Source of the DNA: Malacoraja senta
Lineage: Eukaryota
Direction of reading: 5' to 3'
Assembly (NCBI GenBank): GCA_038087875.1
Contig: JAXLNO010000575.1
Coordinates: 1-64,000, forward strand
DNA length: 64,000 bases
Part shown: positions 12,943 through 25,454 of the stretch, piece by piece
Numbering within the stretch: position 1 is the stretch's first letter
How the letters are laid out: every line of letters starts with the position of its first letter
Made by a program: the position numbers and the translations under genes
The notes under the pieces: model-generated
Seen by the model: the letters and a program-made list of their open reading frames with translations, nothing else
Told to the model about the DNA's origin: nothing
Databases searched by the model: none

Positions 12943-13030
12943 ACACAGAAATGCTGGAGAAACTCAGCGGGTGCAGCAGCATCTATGGAGCGAAGGAAAT
13001 AGGCAACGTTTCGGGCCGAAACCCTTCTTC
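12943..13030 (-). mobile_element. 88-bp Penelope terminal-repeat insertion with 17-bp TSD
   Basis: aactcaaaaccattggt at 12926-12942 and 13031-13047. The insert begins inside the hammerhead core (gaaga-agggtttcggccc-gaaacgtt). Confidence 0.9.
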
Positions 13031-13164
13031 AACTCAAAACCATTGGTTTGCACGGAAACGCATCTGCATCATAATCATATTCTTCAGTGTAATTTTCAAA
13101 AATTTCATCCAAATCCAAGTCACCAAAATTGATTTTCTTCGAAATCATATTCTGAAACAAAGAG

Positions 13165-13990
13165 CAGTCAAAAGAGTTTTATTGTCATGTGTCCCAGATA
13201 AGGCAATGAAATTCTTACTTGCTGCAGCACAATAGGCAATAGACAATAGACAATAGGTGCAGGAGTAGGCCATTCGGCCCTTCGAGCCAGCACATTCAAT
13301 GTGATCATGGCTGATCATCCCCAATCAGTACCCCGTTCCTGCCTTCTCCCCATATGCCCTGCCTTCTCCCCATATCCCCTATCTTTAAGAGCCCTATCTA
13401 GCTCTCTCTTGAAAGTATCCAGAGAACTGGCCTCCTCCGCCCTCTGAGGCAGAGAATTCCACAGACTCTGGGGAAATGGCTTACCCCTTATTCTTAAACA
13501 GTGGCCCCTGGTTCTGGACTCCCCAACATGGGGAACACGTTTCCTGCCTCTAGCGCGTCCAAACAGAATATGTAAACATATTACAAAATGGAAGATAAAA
13601 TTTCAGTGTTTCTATAGACCATAGACCATATATACATAAACCATATGTAACCATAGACCATACATAAATATTAAACGATAAATAAACAGATATAGTGCAA
13701 TAATAATACTGTTATTGTTCAGAGCTTATTTGATGTTGTGTTTAATAGCCTGATGGCTGTGGGGAAGCAGCTGTTCCTGAACCTGGACGTTACAGTTCTC
13801 AGGCTCCTGTACCTTCTTCCCAATGGCAGTGGTGAGATGAGTGTGTGGCCAGGATGGTGTGGGTTTTTGATGATGTTGGCTGCCTTTTTGAGGCAGCGAC
13901 TGCGATAGATCCCTTCGATGGTGGGGAGGTCAAAGCCGGTGATGGACTGGGCAGTGGTTACAACTTTCTGCAGTCTTTTTCTTTCCTGGG
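13165..13990 (-). mobile_element. Rex/Babar 3' end with nested CR1 tail (about 13232-13563)
   Basis: Similar to the 3' part of the Rex copy at 30764-32232; CR1 UTR and (caataga)n nested inside. Confidence 0.75.
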
Positions 13991-14049
13991 ACGGAATTTA
14001 GAATTCAAATGACATTCACTATGTGGCTAGTGTTTATCTTAAGAGGACT

Positions 14050-15150
14050 AGGTACCTGAAGGTGGAGTCGCTCCTAGATCAGGTGGTCAAAAAGGCTTTT
14101 GGCATTTTGGCCTTCATCAGCCAGAGTATTGAGTATAGAAGTTGGGAGGTCATGTTGCAGTTGTTTAAGATGTTGGCGAGGCCACAGTTAGAGTATTGTG
14201 TTCAGTCTGGGCACCATGTTATAGGAAAGATGTTGTCAAGCTGGAAAGGGTACAGAGAAGATTTACGAGGATGTTGCCAAGACTAGAGGGTGTGAGCTAC
14301 AGGGAGAGGTTGAGTAGGCTGGGACTCTGTGCCTTGGAGTGCAGGAGGGTGAGGGGTGATCTTATAGAGGTGTATAAAATCATGAGAGGAATAGATCGTG
14401 TAGATGCATAGAATCTCTTGCCCAGAGTAGGGGAATCGAGGACCAGAGGACATAGGTTTAAGGTTGGGGAAAAGATTTAATCGGAATCTGAGGGGTAACT
14501 TTTTCATAAAAAGGGTGGTGGGTGCATGGAACAAGCTGCCAGAGGAGGTTGTTGAGGCAGGGACTATCCCAACATTTAAGAAACAGTTAGACATGTACAT
14601 GGATAGGACAAGTTTGGAGGGATATGGACCAAATGCAGGCAGGTGGGACTATAATTGGGGCATGTTGGCCGGTGTGAGCATGTTGGGCTGAAGGGCCTGT
14701 TTCCACGCTGCATCACACTATGTCTCTATGACTCTATGATTAGAATACAAAAACAGGGATGTAATGCTGAGGCTCTATAAGGCGCTGGTCAGGCCGCATT
14801 TGAAGTATTGTGAGCAATTTTGGGCCCCGTATCTGAGGAGGGATGTGCTGTCTCTGGAGAGGGTCCAGAGGAGGTTTACAAGAACGATCCCAGGAATGAG
14901 GGGGTTAACATATCATGAGCATTTGTCAGCACTGGGCCTGTACTCGTTGGAGTTTAGGATGAGGGGGGGACCTCATTGAAACTTACCGAATAGTGAAAGG
15001 CCCGGATAGAGTGGATGTGGAGAGGATGTTTCCACTAGTGGGAGAGTCTAGGACCAGAGGTCACAGCCTCAGAATTAAAGAATGTTCCTTTAGGAAGGAG
15101 ATGAGGAGGAGTTTCTTTAGTCAGAGGGTGGTGAATCTGTGGAATTCATT
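14050..15150 (+). mobile_element. Two adjacent CR1 3' fragments
   Basis: LERVQRRFTRMLP, NLRGNFF..WNKLPEEVVEAG, LYKALVRPHL.YCEQFWAP. Confidence 0.8.
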
Positions 15151-15387
15151 GCACTAACACCATCCTACACACACTAGGGACAATTTACATTTTTTACCAA
15201 AGCCAATTAACCTACAAACCTGCACGTCTTTGGAGTGTGGGAGGAAACCGGAGCACCCGGAGAAAACCCACGCAGTCACAGGGAGAACGTACAAACTCTG
15301 TACAGACAGCACCCATAGTCAGGATCGAACCCGGGTCGCTGGTGCTGTGAGGCAGCAGCTCTACCCGCTGCGCCACCATGCCGCCCC
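15151..15387 (-). mobile_element. tRNA-derived SINE (HE1/V-SINE-like)
   Basis: A box tggcgcagcggg, B box gggttcgatcc, then the V-domain-like gtttgtacgttctccc..tgcgtgggttttctccgggtgctccggtttcctcccaca. Confidence 0.85.
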
Positions 15388-15611
15388 TGTAACTTTCACT
15401 AAACGTTATTCCCTTTATCCTGTATCTGTACACTGTGGACGGCTCAATTGTAATCATGTATTGTCTTTCCGCTGAATGGATAGCACGCAACAAAAGCTTT
15501 TCACTGTACCTCGGTACACGGGACAATAAACTGAACTGAACTGACTGGACATCCTCCATTGCCAGAGTGAGGCCACACACAATGGGCATCGTGTTCCATT
15601 TGAGTTACTTA

Positions 15612-15854
15612 AGGGCCTGTCCCACTTGCCCATTTTTTCGGCGACTGCCGGCATCATTGACTGACGTATCAGGTCACCGAAAAAGTGGCGGCGTGACGCG
15701 GCGTGATGACGTGATGACGGTGTTTCCTCAAGCCTCGCAGCATTTATTTTGGTCGCCGCCGGATTTTGAAATGTTCAAAATCTTTCGGCGACCCTGATAC
15801 ATCAGTCAATGACGCCGGCAGTCGACGAAAAAATCGGCAAGTGGGACAGGCCCT
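15612..15854. mobile_element. MITE with AGGGCCTGTCCCACTTGCC terminal inverted repeats (PIF/Harbinger-like)
   Basis: Perfect 19-bp TIRs with longer imperfect inverted arms, in a ttaa context on both sides. Confidence 0.85.
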
Positions 15855-15916
15855 TAACCACCTAATGGCATGAATTCACCAAATGAATTCTCCAAATTTC
15901 AATAACCACCCGACTC

Positions 15917-16114
15917 CTTTCTCATTCCCCCACTGATCCCACTTTCTCATTCCCCCACTGATCCCACTTTCTCATTCCCCCACTGATCCCACTTTCTCAT
16001 TCCCCCACTGATCCCACTTTCTCATTCCCCACTGATTCCACTTTCTCATTCCCCCACTGATCCCACTTTCTCATTCCCCCACTGATCCCACTTTCTCATT
16101 CCCCCACTGATCCC
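15917..16114. repeat. Minisatellite, 25-bp unit x8
   Basis: ctttctcattcccccactgatccca repeated in tandem. Confidence 0.95.
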
Positions 16115-16516
16115 AGTCATAAGATCACAAAGTGAGTGATAGGAGCAGAATTAGGCCATTCGGCCCATCAAGTCTACTCCGCCATTCAATCATGACATCT
16201 ATCTCTCCCTCCTAACCCCATTCTCCTGCCTTATCCCCGTAACCCCCGACACCCGTACTAATCAAGAAACCAAGCATCACAGCACGGTTTGGGAACAGCT
16301 CCGTCCGAGACCCGCAAGAAACTGCAGCGAATTGTGGACGCAGCCCAGACCGTCACACACACAAACCAACCTCCCTTCCATCGACTCCATCTACACCTCA
16401 CGCTGCCTCGGCAAGGCCAGCAGCATAATCAAGGACCAGTCTCACCCCGGTCACTCTCTCTTCTCCCCTCTCCCATCGGGCAAGAGGTACAGAAGTGTGA
16501 AAACGAACGCACACCT

Positions 16517-16761
16517 CCAGATTCAAGGACAGTTCACACACCTTTTCCCATTTTCTCCGTCACCGAGTATGTTTCCCCTCCTCCCAACCCCATCCCGAAT
16601 TTCCCTTCCATCCGTCCCCCCAGGCACCCCCTGTTTACCCTCCCCCCCCCCAGTTCACCCCCGGCCCCTCCACCCACATCCGGCTTCACGTTTAACTCCT
16701 CCTCTTCTCTCCGTATCTGACGCCATTTTGTCTCCTTCACACCTCCAGCCTTTACCACTTA
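16517..16761 (+). repeat. Left copy of a ~245-bp direct duplication flanking an L1
   Basis: Near-identical to 21389-21629. Confidence 0.92.
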
Positions 16762-19700
16762 TTTTTTTTAATTTTTTTATTTATTAGAAGTACATTACAT
16801 TACAACCACATACATTAGTACTCGTCACTTATGTCTTCTTACAATTAATGTACTCCATTTGTTTTTTACACTAGTAAAAGGAAAAGATAAGACTGAAAGA
16901 AAGAAGAAAGTGAAGGAAAAAGTGAGAGTGTAGAAAATGTGACAACAAAAAAGGACGAAGACCCTATAAGAACAAAATTAAAAACAAAAGAAAAAGAGTT
17001 AAGAAATAGACCCTAGAAAAGAAGGAGAAAGAGAAAGAGGAAAAAGAGAGAAACAAATATTTTTTATGAGCATTACGCAAATGGGACATACCAACTCTTC
17101 AACTATCATCACCCTTTACCTGACCTCAAATTTTTTTTTTAAGGTACCTTTGCACCCTATATTTGTAATAATTCTATAAATGCAGACCACGTCAGGTGGA
17201 AGTGATCTGGTTTACCTGCTAGGAGGAGTCTTATCTCTTCTAGGTGTAATGTTTCGAACATATTTGAAATCCACATGTTTATAGTTGGTATTGGAGCCTT
17301 CTTCCAAAATTTTAGAATTAGCTTTTTTCCAGTTATTAACCCATAGTCTATTAGTTTCTTTTGAAACACATTTAGTTCTGGACCATCTTCCGTTATTCCG
17401 AAGATAATCCATTCTGCTTTGGGTATCAGTCTTATTTTAAATAATTTTGTAAAGATTTCGAAAATTTCATTCCAAAATTTTTGAATTTTTGTACAGAAAA
17501 CGAATGAGTGCGCTATAGTAGCTTCTTGGGATTGACATTTATCTCAAATAGATGATACATTTGGGAACATTTTATGAATTTTAGTTTTGGAATAATATAA
17601 TCTATGTAAAATTTTAAATTGTATTAAAGTGTGTCTTACATTAATCGAACATTTATGCACGTTTAATAAGTGTTCATTCCAACTTTCCTTTGAAATTTTA
17701 ATAGCTAACTCTTGTTCCCAGTCTCTTCTGATACCCTCCATAGATGGTATTTGTACATTTAAGATAATATTATACAAATATGATATTAAGTTTGCTAATT
17801 CAGCTTTTATCTGCATTGCCTCATCCAATACATCTGCTGGGTTATTATAATGATCTTTTGTATATTTTTTCAAATAGTCGCATATTTGAAAATATTTAAA
17901 ATATTGATTATTTCCGAGTTTATATTTTATTTGTAATTGTTGAAATGAAAGTAATTTTCCAGTTTCATACAAGTCACCGAGCGTTTTAATTCCTAGTCTA
18001 TCCCAATGTGTAAAAGCTTTATCTATAATAGAGGGATTAAACGAAGGGTTATTAACTATGGGTAATAAAAGTGATAAATTTCTTTTTTAAATTTTGTTTT
18101 ATTTGTTTCCAAATTCGGATTGTACTATGAATAATTGGGTTCTTATTATAATTTATATTATTCAGTTTCATTGGAGAGAGGAGGATCGCTCCAATGTTTC
18201 CAGAGGAGCAATCCTCTTTCTCCATTACAATCCAGTCCACTTGCTGGGCGGAGTTATCCATCAGTTGAATCATATTTTTAATATTTACTGACCAATAATA
18301 ATACATAAAATTAGGTAGTGCTAAACCCCCTAATACTTTAGGTTTATTCAGATGAGTTTTTTGTATTCTATGTGATTTATAGTCCCATATAAAATTAGTG
18401 ATATCTGAGTCGAGTTTTTTTAAAAACTTCTTTGGTAAGTATATAGGAATCGATTGAAATAGGTATAAAATTTGTGGTAGAAAGATCATTTTTATTGCAT
18501 TTATTCGGCCTATTAAAGACATCGGGAACGTTTTCCAGAATTTAATTAGTGTGTTTAATTTATTAAGTAGGGGATCAAAATTTGCCTTAAACATACCTTG
18601 ATATGTTCTAGTAATTTCGATTCCCAAGTATTTAAATTTTTCTGTAGCTATTTTAAAAGGGAATTTTAAAAGATGTGTTGAATCTTTCGGTTTTATTGAC
18701 ATAATTTCACTTTTATTCCAATTTATTCTATATCCAGAAAAAGATCCAAAGTCTTCAATTAAATTTAATATATTTGGTATAGTGATTTGAGGTTTTGTAA
18801 TGTACAGTAATATATCATCCGCATATTAAGATATTTTATTATATGAGTCTTTATTATTATATCCATGGATATCAGGGTGTATTCTAATTTTTTCTGCTAG
18901 CGGTTCAATAATGAGAGCAAACAGCTGTGGTGATAATGAGCATCCTTGTCTATTTCCCCTTGATAGTTGGAATTTCGAGGATAATATGTTATTAGTTAGT
19001 ATTCTAGCTGTAGGTTTATTATATAGTAACTTGATCCATAGAATAAAATTCTCTCCCAGTTGGAATTTTTGTAATACTTTATCCATATAATTCCATTCTA
19101 CTTGGTCAAATGCTTTTTCAGCATCCAGCGAAATAATTGATAATTCTTGATCTTCAGATTTGTATGAGTGCATTATGTTGAGTAAACGTCTCATATTGTT
19201 AGATGAGTATCTCTTAGGGATAAACCCCATCTGATCTGGGTTTATTAATTTACTAATGTATTTACTTAATCTTCTAGCTAATGTTTTCGCTAATATTTTT
19301 TGATCTGTGTTTAACAATGCTATAGCTCTATATGAACCCGGTTCTTCTAAATCTTTGTCTTTCTTAGGTATTAGTGTAATCGTTGATTCCGCTAATGTAT
19401 CAGGTAGTATTTGTTTTTTAAAAGCATATTGGTACATTTTTTGTAATCTTGGTATTATTTTATCATAAAAGCTTTTATAAAATTCATTAGTAAATCCATC
19501 AGGGCCTGGTGTTTTTCCGTTCTTTAGTGAGTTTATTGTATCTTCTAATTCCTTAATTGAAATTTGTGCACCCAATTCCTCTTGTTCCTTCAGCTCTAAC
19601 TTTGGAAGATTACAATTATCCAAAAACTTTGTGATATTATTGGAATCAATTGTCGTTTTAGATGTATACAAATTCTCATAAAATTGCGCAAATCTTTTAT

Positions 19701-21388
19701 TAATATCCTTCGGTGTTGTTAATAATTCCCCTTTATCTGATTTAATCTTTGGTATAGTATGTTCCTTTTCTCGTTTTTTTAGCTGGCGAGCCAAAAGTTT
19801 ATGCGGTTTATCCCCAAATTCAAAGTGCTCTTGTTTTGTAATTTGAAAAAGTCTTATAAGTTTGGCAGATAATAATTTATTTAATTTAAATTTCAAAATT
19901 ATTATTTTATTATGTTTATCTATTGATGGATCTTTAGCATTATCCATATCCATTTGTGTAATAAGTTCTTCTAACTGTCTTTGTTCATTCTTAGTCTTTT
20001 TATTTTGAAAAGCTTGATATGAAATTATAATACCCCTAATGTATGCTTTAAAAGATTCCCATAATACAGTAGACGATATATCTGGAGTATCATTTATTTG
20101 AAAAAAGGCCTCCATTTGTTCTTTTAAATATATACTCACTTGTGGATCTTTTAGAATTTGAGAATTAAATATCCAAAACGATTTATTCTTAAACATTCCT
20201 TCCAGTTTTAAAAAGAAAGTTAGTGGAGAATGGTCTGAAATCGAATTTGTGTGGTATGTTGGGTTAAATGTTTGAGGGATTAATTTTGTATCCAGCAGGA
20301 AGTAATCTATACGTGAGTATGTCTTATGTACCATTGAATAAAATGAGTATTCCCTGCCAGTTGGATTAACAATTCTCCAAACATCTGCTATATTAGTATT
20401 GTTTATATAAGTATTGAGAAGTTCCCCGGTTTTCGATTTCATATTCCCTCTCTGTTTTTGGCTTGATTTATCTAAGTACGGATCTAAAACACAGTTAAAG
20501 TCTCCTCCTATTATAACATTTTGATAGTTAAACTCTGCAATTATGTTGAAAATTTTATTGAAAAAGTGGGGGTTGTCAAAGTTAGGGGCATATATATTTA
20601 CCAAGGTAAGTGGAGTATCATGAATTTCTCCATTAACTATTAAGTATCTCCCTTCTATATCTGTTATGATATTATTTGCTTTAAATGGTATACCTTTTCT
20701 TATAATGATTGATGTGCCTCTAGATTTCGAAGTGAATGAAGAGTGGTATGTTTGACCTATCCATTCGCCCTCAACCTAACTTGATCCTGAGATTTTAAGT
20801 GTGTTTCTTGTAAGAAGATAATGTCAGAGTTGTACAGTTTCAGCTGAGCTAGTATCTTACCCCTTTTAATAGGTTCGTTAATACCTCTTATATTCCAACT
20901 ACAAAATGAGATTCCTCCTAGGTTCTTTTGTTTGGTGTCATGCATTTTGAATAATTATAGTACCTTTAAATCTTGTGGTGCATCCATATCTCAGGTCTTT
21001 GGGTATTGGGGGAACTTTTGAATTTTTAAGTTTTGTTGGTATATCCATTTTACGCTTATCACTAAACACAAAACATAAACATGTGAGTTTATGTGGTAAT
21101 AAAAAAAAAACTAAAAAAGTGAAAATACAGTGTCTGATATAGTCGGCACTGTAGCGAGTGTCCCACCTGTAGGTGGGAAAAAACCTTGTTTTGACTTCCA
21201 TTGTGTTGTTAAACAAATAGCTCCGCTCTCTTGGTTAATCATAACATATTAAAATATTAAAACGGGGCCTCACATTCAGATATATAATACAATTTTACCC
21301 TATATATTTCATTATAACATATCATATATATATCGCAATTTTAGCTACTAATTATTAAACCGATACTTTTGACTTCAATAAGAATCAA
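16762..21388 (-). mobile_element. L1-clade LINE: ORF2 region plus inter-ORF, lacking ORF1
   Basis: APE: SWNIRGIN, FLQETH, VNIYAPN, GGDFN, YSRIDYF, SDH. RT: KTPGPDGF, SLDAEKAFD, RQGCSLSP. A-rich 3' UTR, aataaa and poly(A) at 16762-16786. Confidence 0.93.
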
Positions 21389-21629
21389 CCAGATTCAAGG
21401 ACAGTTCACACACCTTTTTCCCATTTTCTCCGTCACCGAGTATGTTTCCCCTCCTCCCAACCCCATCCCGAATTTCCCTTCCATCCATCCCCCAGGCACC
21501 CCCTGTTCAACCCCCCCCCAGTTCACCCCCGGCCCCTCCACCCACATCCGGCTTCACGTTTAACTCCTCCTCTTCTCTCTGTATCTGACGCCATTTTGTC
21601 TCCTTCACACCTCCAGCCTTTGCCACTTA
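21389..21629 (+). repeat. Right copy of the ~245-bp direct duplication flanking the L1
   Basis: Near-identical to 16517-16761; continues into the uninterrupted Penelope-type UTR. Confidence 0.92.
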
Positions 21630-22566
21630 CTCCACCCATCTGCCAACCGCCCCCTTCACCTGTATCCACCTATCACTCGCCAGGCTTTGTCCCGCCCCCA
21701 CCCCTCTCTTCCAGCTTTCTCCCCCCACCTCCACCCCATAAGTCTGAAGAAGGGTCCCGACCCAAAACGTTGCCTGTCCATTCCCTCCACAGATGCTGCC
21801 TGACCCGCTGAGTTTCTCCAGCACTTTGTGCTTTCACTCATCACCCTGTCTCAAATGGAACGGACTTACAGTAGCTGACCCATCCCAGCCGTGTGGGACG
21901 GAACTGCAGGTGCTAGTTTACACCGAAGAGAGACACAAAAATGATGGAGTAACTCAGTGGTTCAGGCAGCATCTCTGGAGAGAAGGAATGGGTGACGTTT
22001 CGGGTCGTGATGAAGTCTGAAGAAGGGTCTCGACCTGAAACTTCACCCATTCCTTCTCTCCAGAGATGCTGCCTGTCCCGCTGAGTTTCTCCAGCATTTA
22101 GTCTACCTTCGATCTAAACTAAATAAAACACACATGAAGAAGGGTCCCGACACGAAATCGTCAGTCAAGCCCCTCCGCAGATGTAGACGCAAGGAACTGC
22201 AAGTGCTGCTTTACAAAAAAAGAAGGACTAGGTAGAGAGGATGTTTCCATTAGTGAGTTACCGCTGAGTTACTGAACCTATTGCAGCACCCTGGCCACAA
22301 CACAATCGGAGTCCAGAACCAGGGGCCGCAGTTTAAGAATAAGGGGTAAGCCATTTAGAACAGAGACGAGGAAACACTTTTTCACACAGAGAGTTGAGAG
22401 TCTGTGGAATTCTCTACCTCAGAGGGCGGTGGAGGCAGGTTCTCTTGATTCTTTCAAGAGAGAGCTAGATAGGGCTCTTAAAGATAGCGGAGTCGGGGGA
22501 TATGGGGAGATGGCAGGAACGGGTTACTGATTGGGGATGATCAGCCATGATCACATTGAGTGGCGG

Positions 22567-22771
22567 AGGTTGACAAAAATGCTGGAGAAACAGCGGGTGA
22601 GGCAGCATCTGTAGAGTGAAGGAATAGGTGACGTTTCGGGTCGAGACCCTTCTTCAGTCTGACCCAAACCGTCACCTATTCCTTCGCTCCATAGATGCTG
22701 CCTCACCCGCTGAGTTTCTCCAGCATTTTTGTCTATCTTTGATTTTTCCAGCATCTGCAGTTCTTTCTTAA
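22567..22771. mobile_element. Fold-back Penelope terminal-repeat mini-element in a CR1 tail
   Basis: Inverted arms around an intact minus-strand hammerhead core (22630-22657). Flanked by acattgagtggcgg and acattgaatggcag (14 bp, 2 mismatches). Confidence 0.75.
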
Positions 22772-25454
22772 ACATTGAATGGCAGTGCAGGCTCGAAGAG
22801 TGAATGTCCTACTCCTGCACCTATTGTCTATTGTCTATTGAAAGTGTCCATACCTTCTCCAAGGTTCTGTGCTGTCTCGGGTCTGAACCTTGCGCTGATG
22901 CAGCTGCTCTCTGGACCGTCAGATGTGCAAGATGCAGCCAGGAAGTTCTGTGCAATAGGTGTGACGAGAGATGTGGGTCTGGGCGGAACGAGAGCCTGCC
23001 TCGCGCGTGTGCCCAGTGGAAATAAACCAAGTTGTCTGTTGTTGTATTTTGGCTGTTGTAATAACTGAAGCTTTACACCATGATAAAGGTCCAAAGACTT
23101 TATTAACGACATAGCAAATATAACTTCATGCGAGCACGTCTTTCTAATTCTAAAGGGAACAGGCAGGGAGGACTGCTGTAAAAGCAAGTGGGTGTAACTA
23201 CCAAAGCATGACTCATAACATGAGTGAAACTGATCTACATCTGTGAAACATCTGGGAAGGGTGTTGTAACACATGATGTAACTAGAAGGGAACATGCAGA
23301 AAGGTTCATACATGGAAATAACCCTAGATATCCACGTGACTGCAGAACGATACCTTCGCCCCCTTTGATCTCTCGTTTCATTCCTTACCCTACCATATCT
23401 CCCGTCTCCCTCTCCCTGACTCTCAGTCTGAAGAAGGGTCTCAACCCGAAATGTCACCCATTCCATCTCTCCAGAGATGCTGCCTGTCCCGCTGAGTTAC
23501 TCCAGCATTTTGTGTCTATCTTTGTCTTTGAGGGAGTGCAGCGTAGGTTTACAAGGTTAATTCCCGGGATGGCGGGACTGTCATATGTTGAAAGAATGGA
23601 GCGGCTGGGCTTGTGTACTCTGGAATTTAGAAGGATGAGAGGGGATCTTATTGAAACATGTAAGATTATTAAGGGATTGGACACACTAGAGGCAGGAAAC
23701 ATGTTCCCGATGTTGGGGGAGTCCAGAACCAGGAGCCACTGTTTAAGAATAAGGGGTAGGCCCTTTAGAACGGAGATGAGGAAACGCTTTTTCACACAAG
23801 AGAGTTGTGAATCCAGCAGGTGGAATTCTCTGCCTCAGAGGGCAGTGGAGGCCAATTCTCTGGATGCTTTCAAGAGAGAGCTAGATAGAGCTCTCAAAGA
23901 TAGCGGAGTCAAGGGGAGAAGGCAGGAACTGATTGTGGATGATCAGCCATGATCACAGTTAATGGTGGTGCTGGCTCGAGGGGCCAAATGGCCTACTCCT
24001 GCACCTATTGTCTATTGTCTATTATTAAATGCCTCACTAAATTCCATGTGGACAACATCCACTTCCCACCCTCAACAATTACCTTCATTAGCTCTTCAAA
24101 CAACTCGATCAAGTTAATAAGACATGGCTGCCCATGTACAAAGCCATGCTGACTGTCCCGAATTAACCCATTCTCTTCCAAATAGTAGCAAATCATATCC
24201 CGAAGAATCCTCTCCAACAGCTTTTGGAAGGGAGGTGAGGAGGAACTTCTTTAGTCAGAGGGTGGTGAATCTGTGGGATTCTTTGCCACAAAGGGCTGTG
24301 GAGGCCAAGTCAGTGGATATTTTTAAGGCAGAGATAGACAAGTTCTTGATTAGAACGGGTGTCAAAAGTTATGGGGAGAAGGCAGGAAAATGGGATGAGG
24401 TTTGTAGAGATCAGCCATGATTGAATTGCGGAGTAGACCCGATGGGCCGAATGGCCTAATTCTACTCCGATAACGTGAACGGCTGCTGTCTGATCGGACT
24501 TTGTACGTTCTCCCCGAGACCTGCGTGGGTTTTCTCTGAGATCTTCGATTTCCACCCACACTCCAAAGATGTGCAGGATTGTAGATTAATTGGGTTGGTG
24601 TGAATGTGAAATTGTCCCTAGTGTACGTGGGTTAGTGTGCGGGGATCACTGGTCGGGCGCGGACTCGGTGGGCCGAAGGGCCTGTTTCTGCGCTGTATCT
24701 CTAAACTAAACTAAACTAAACTCCAGGCCTCAGAGACCATGCCTGTAGCTAGAGACGATGCAAAGATCTTCGTCAAGGCTCCCACAATCCCCTCTCTTGC
24801 TTCTCTCAATAACCTGGGATAGATCCCATCAGGTCCCGGGCTGGGAAACCTGATGGGACCGGAGAAAACCCACGCAGGTCACGGGGAGAATGTACAAACT
24901 CGTACAGACGGCACCCGTGGTCAGGATGGAACCCGGGTCTCTGGCGATGTAAGGCAGCAGCTCTACCCGCTGCGCACTGTGTTGTCCAGAGATACAGACT
25001 TTCTATTCCTGTCCACACGCACTCTCCCTCCACGACTCCCAGAGCTGACGTCCTGTCCGATTCACCTCTACACCATTGTGGACATCGGACTTTGTCACAA
25101 GGTCTCAAGTGATAGGAGCAGAATTATGCCATTCGGCCCATCAAGTCCACTCCGCCATTCAATCATGGCTGATCTCTGCCTCCTAACCCATTTTTGGTGA
25201 GGAGGCTTTTAGAATATTGTGTTCAGTTCTGGGCACCATGTTATAGAGTGATAGAGTCATAGAGTGATACAGTGTGGAAACAGGCCCTTCGGCCCAACTT
25301 GCCCAGACAAGGCAACATGCCCCATCTACACTAGTCCCACCTGCCCGTGTTTGGCCCATATCCCTCCAACCCTCTCCTATCCATGTACCTGCCAAACTTT
25401 CTTAAATGTTGGGATAGTCCCAGCCTCAACTACCTCCTCCGGCAGCTCGTTCCA

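Larger units (their letters stand above)
11685..13148 (-). pseudogene. CXCR1/2-like chemokine receptor pseudogene (copy A)
   Basis: Reconstructed [94 protein letters not shown]. Disrupted by an insertion giving an in-frame TGA (12943-13030), an 18-nt TM2 deletion and a CR1 tail (12201-12527). Acceptor tttcag lies just before the ATG. Confidence 0.92.

Noticed and set aside
15320..15387. tRNA gene
   Set aside because: A and B boxes belong to a SINE head followed by a V-domain; several decayed copies occur in the window.
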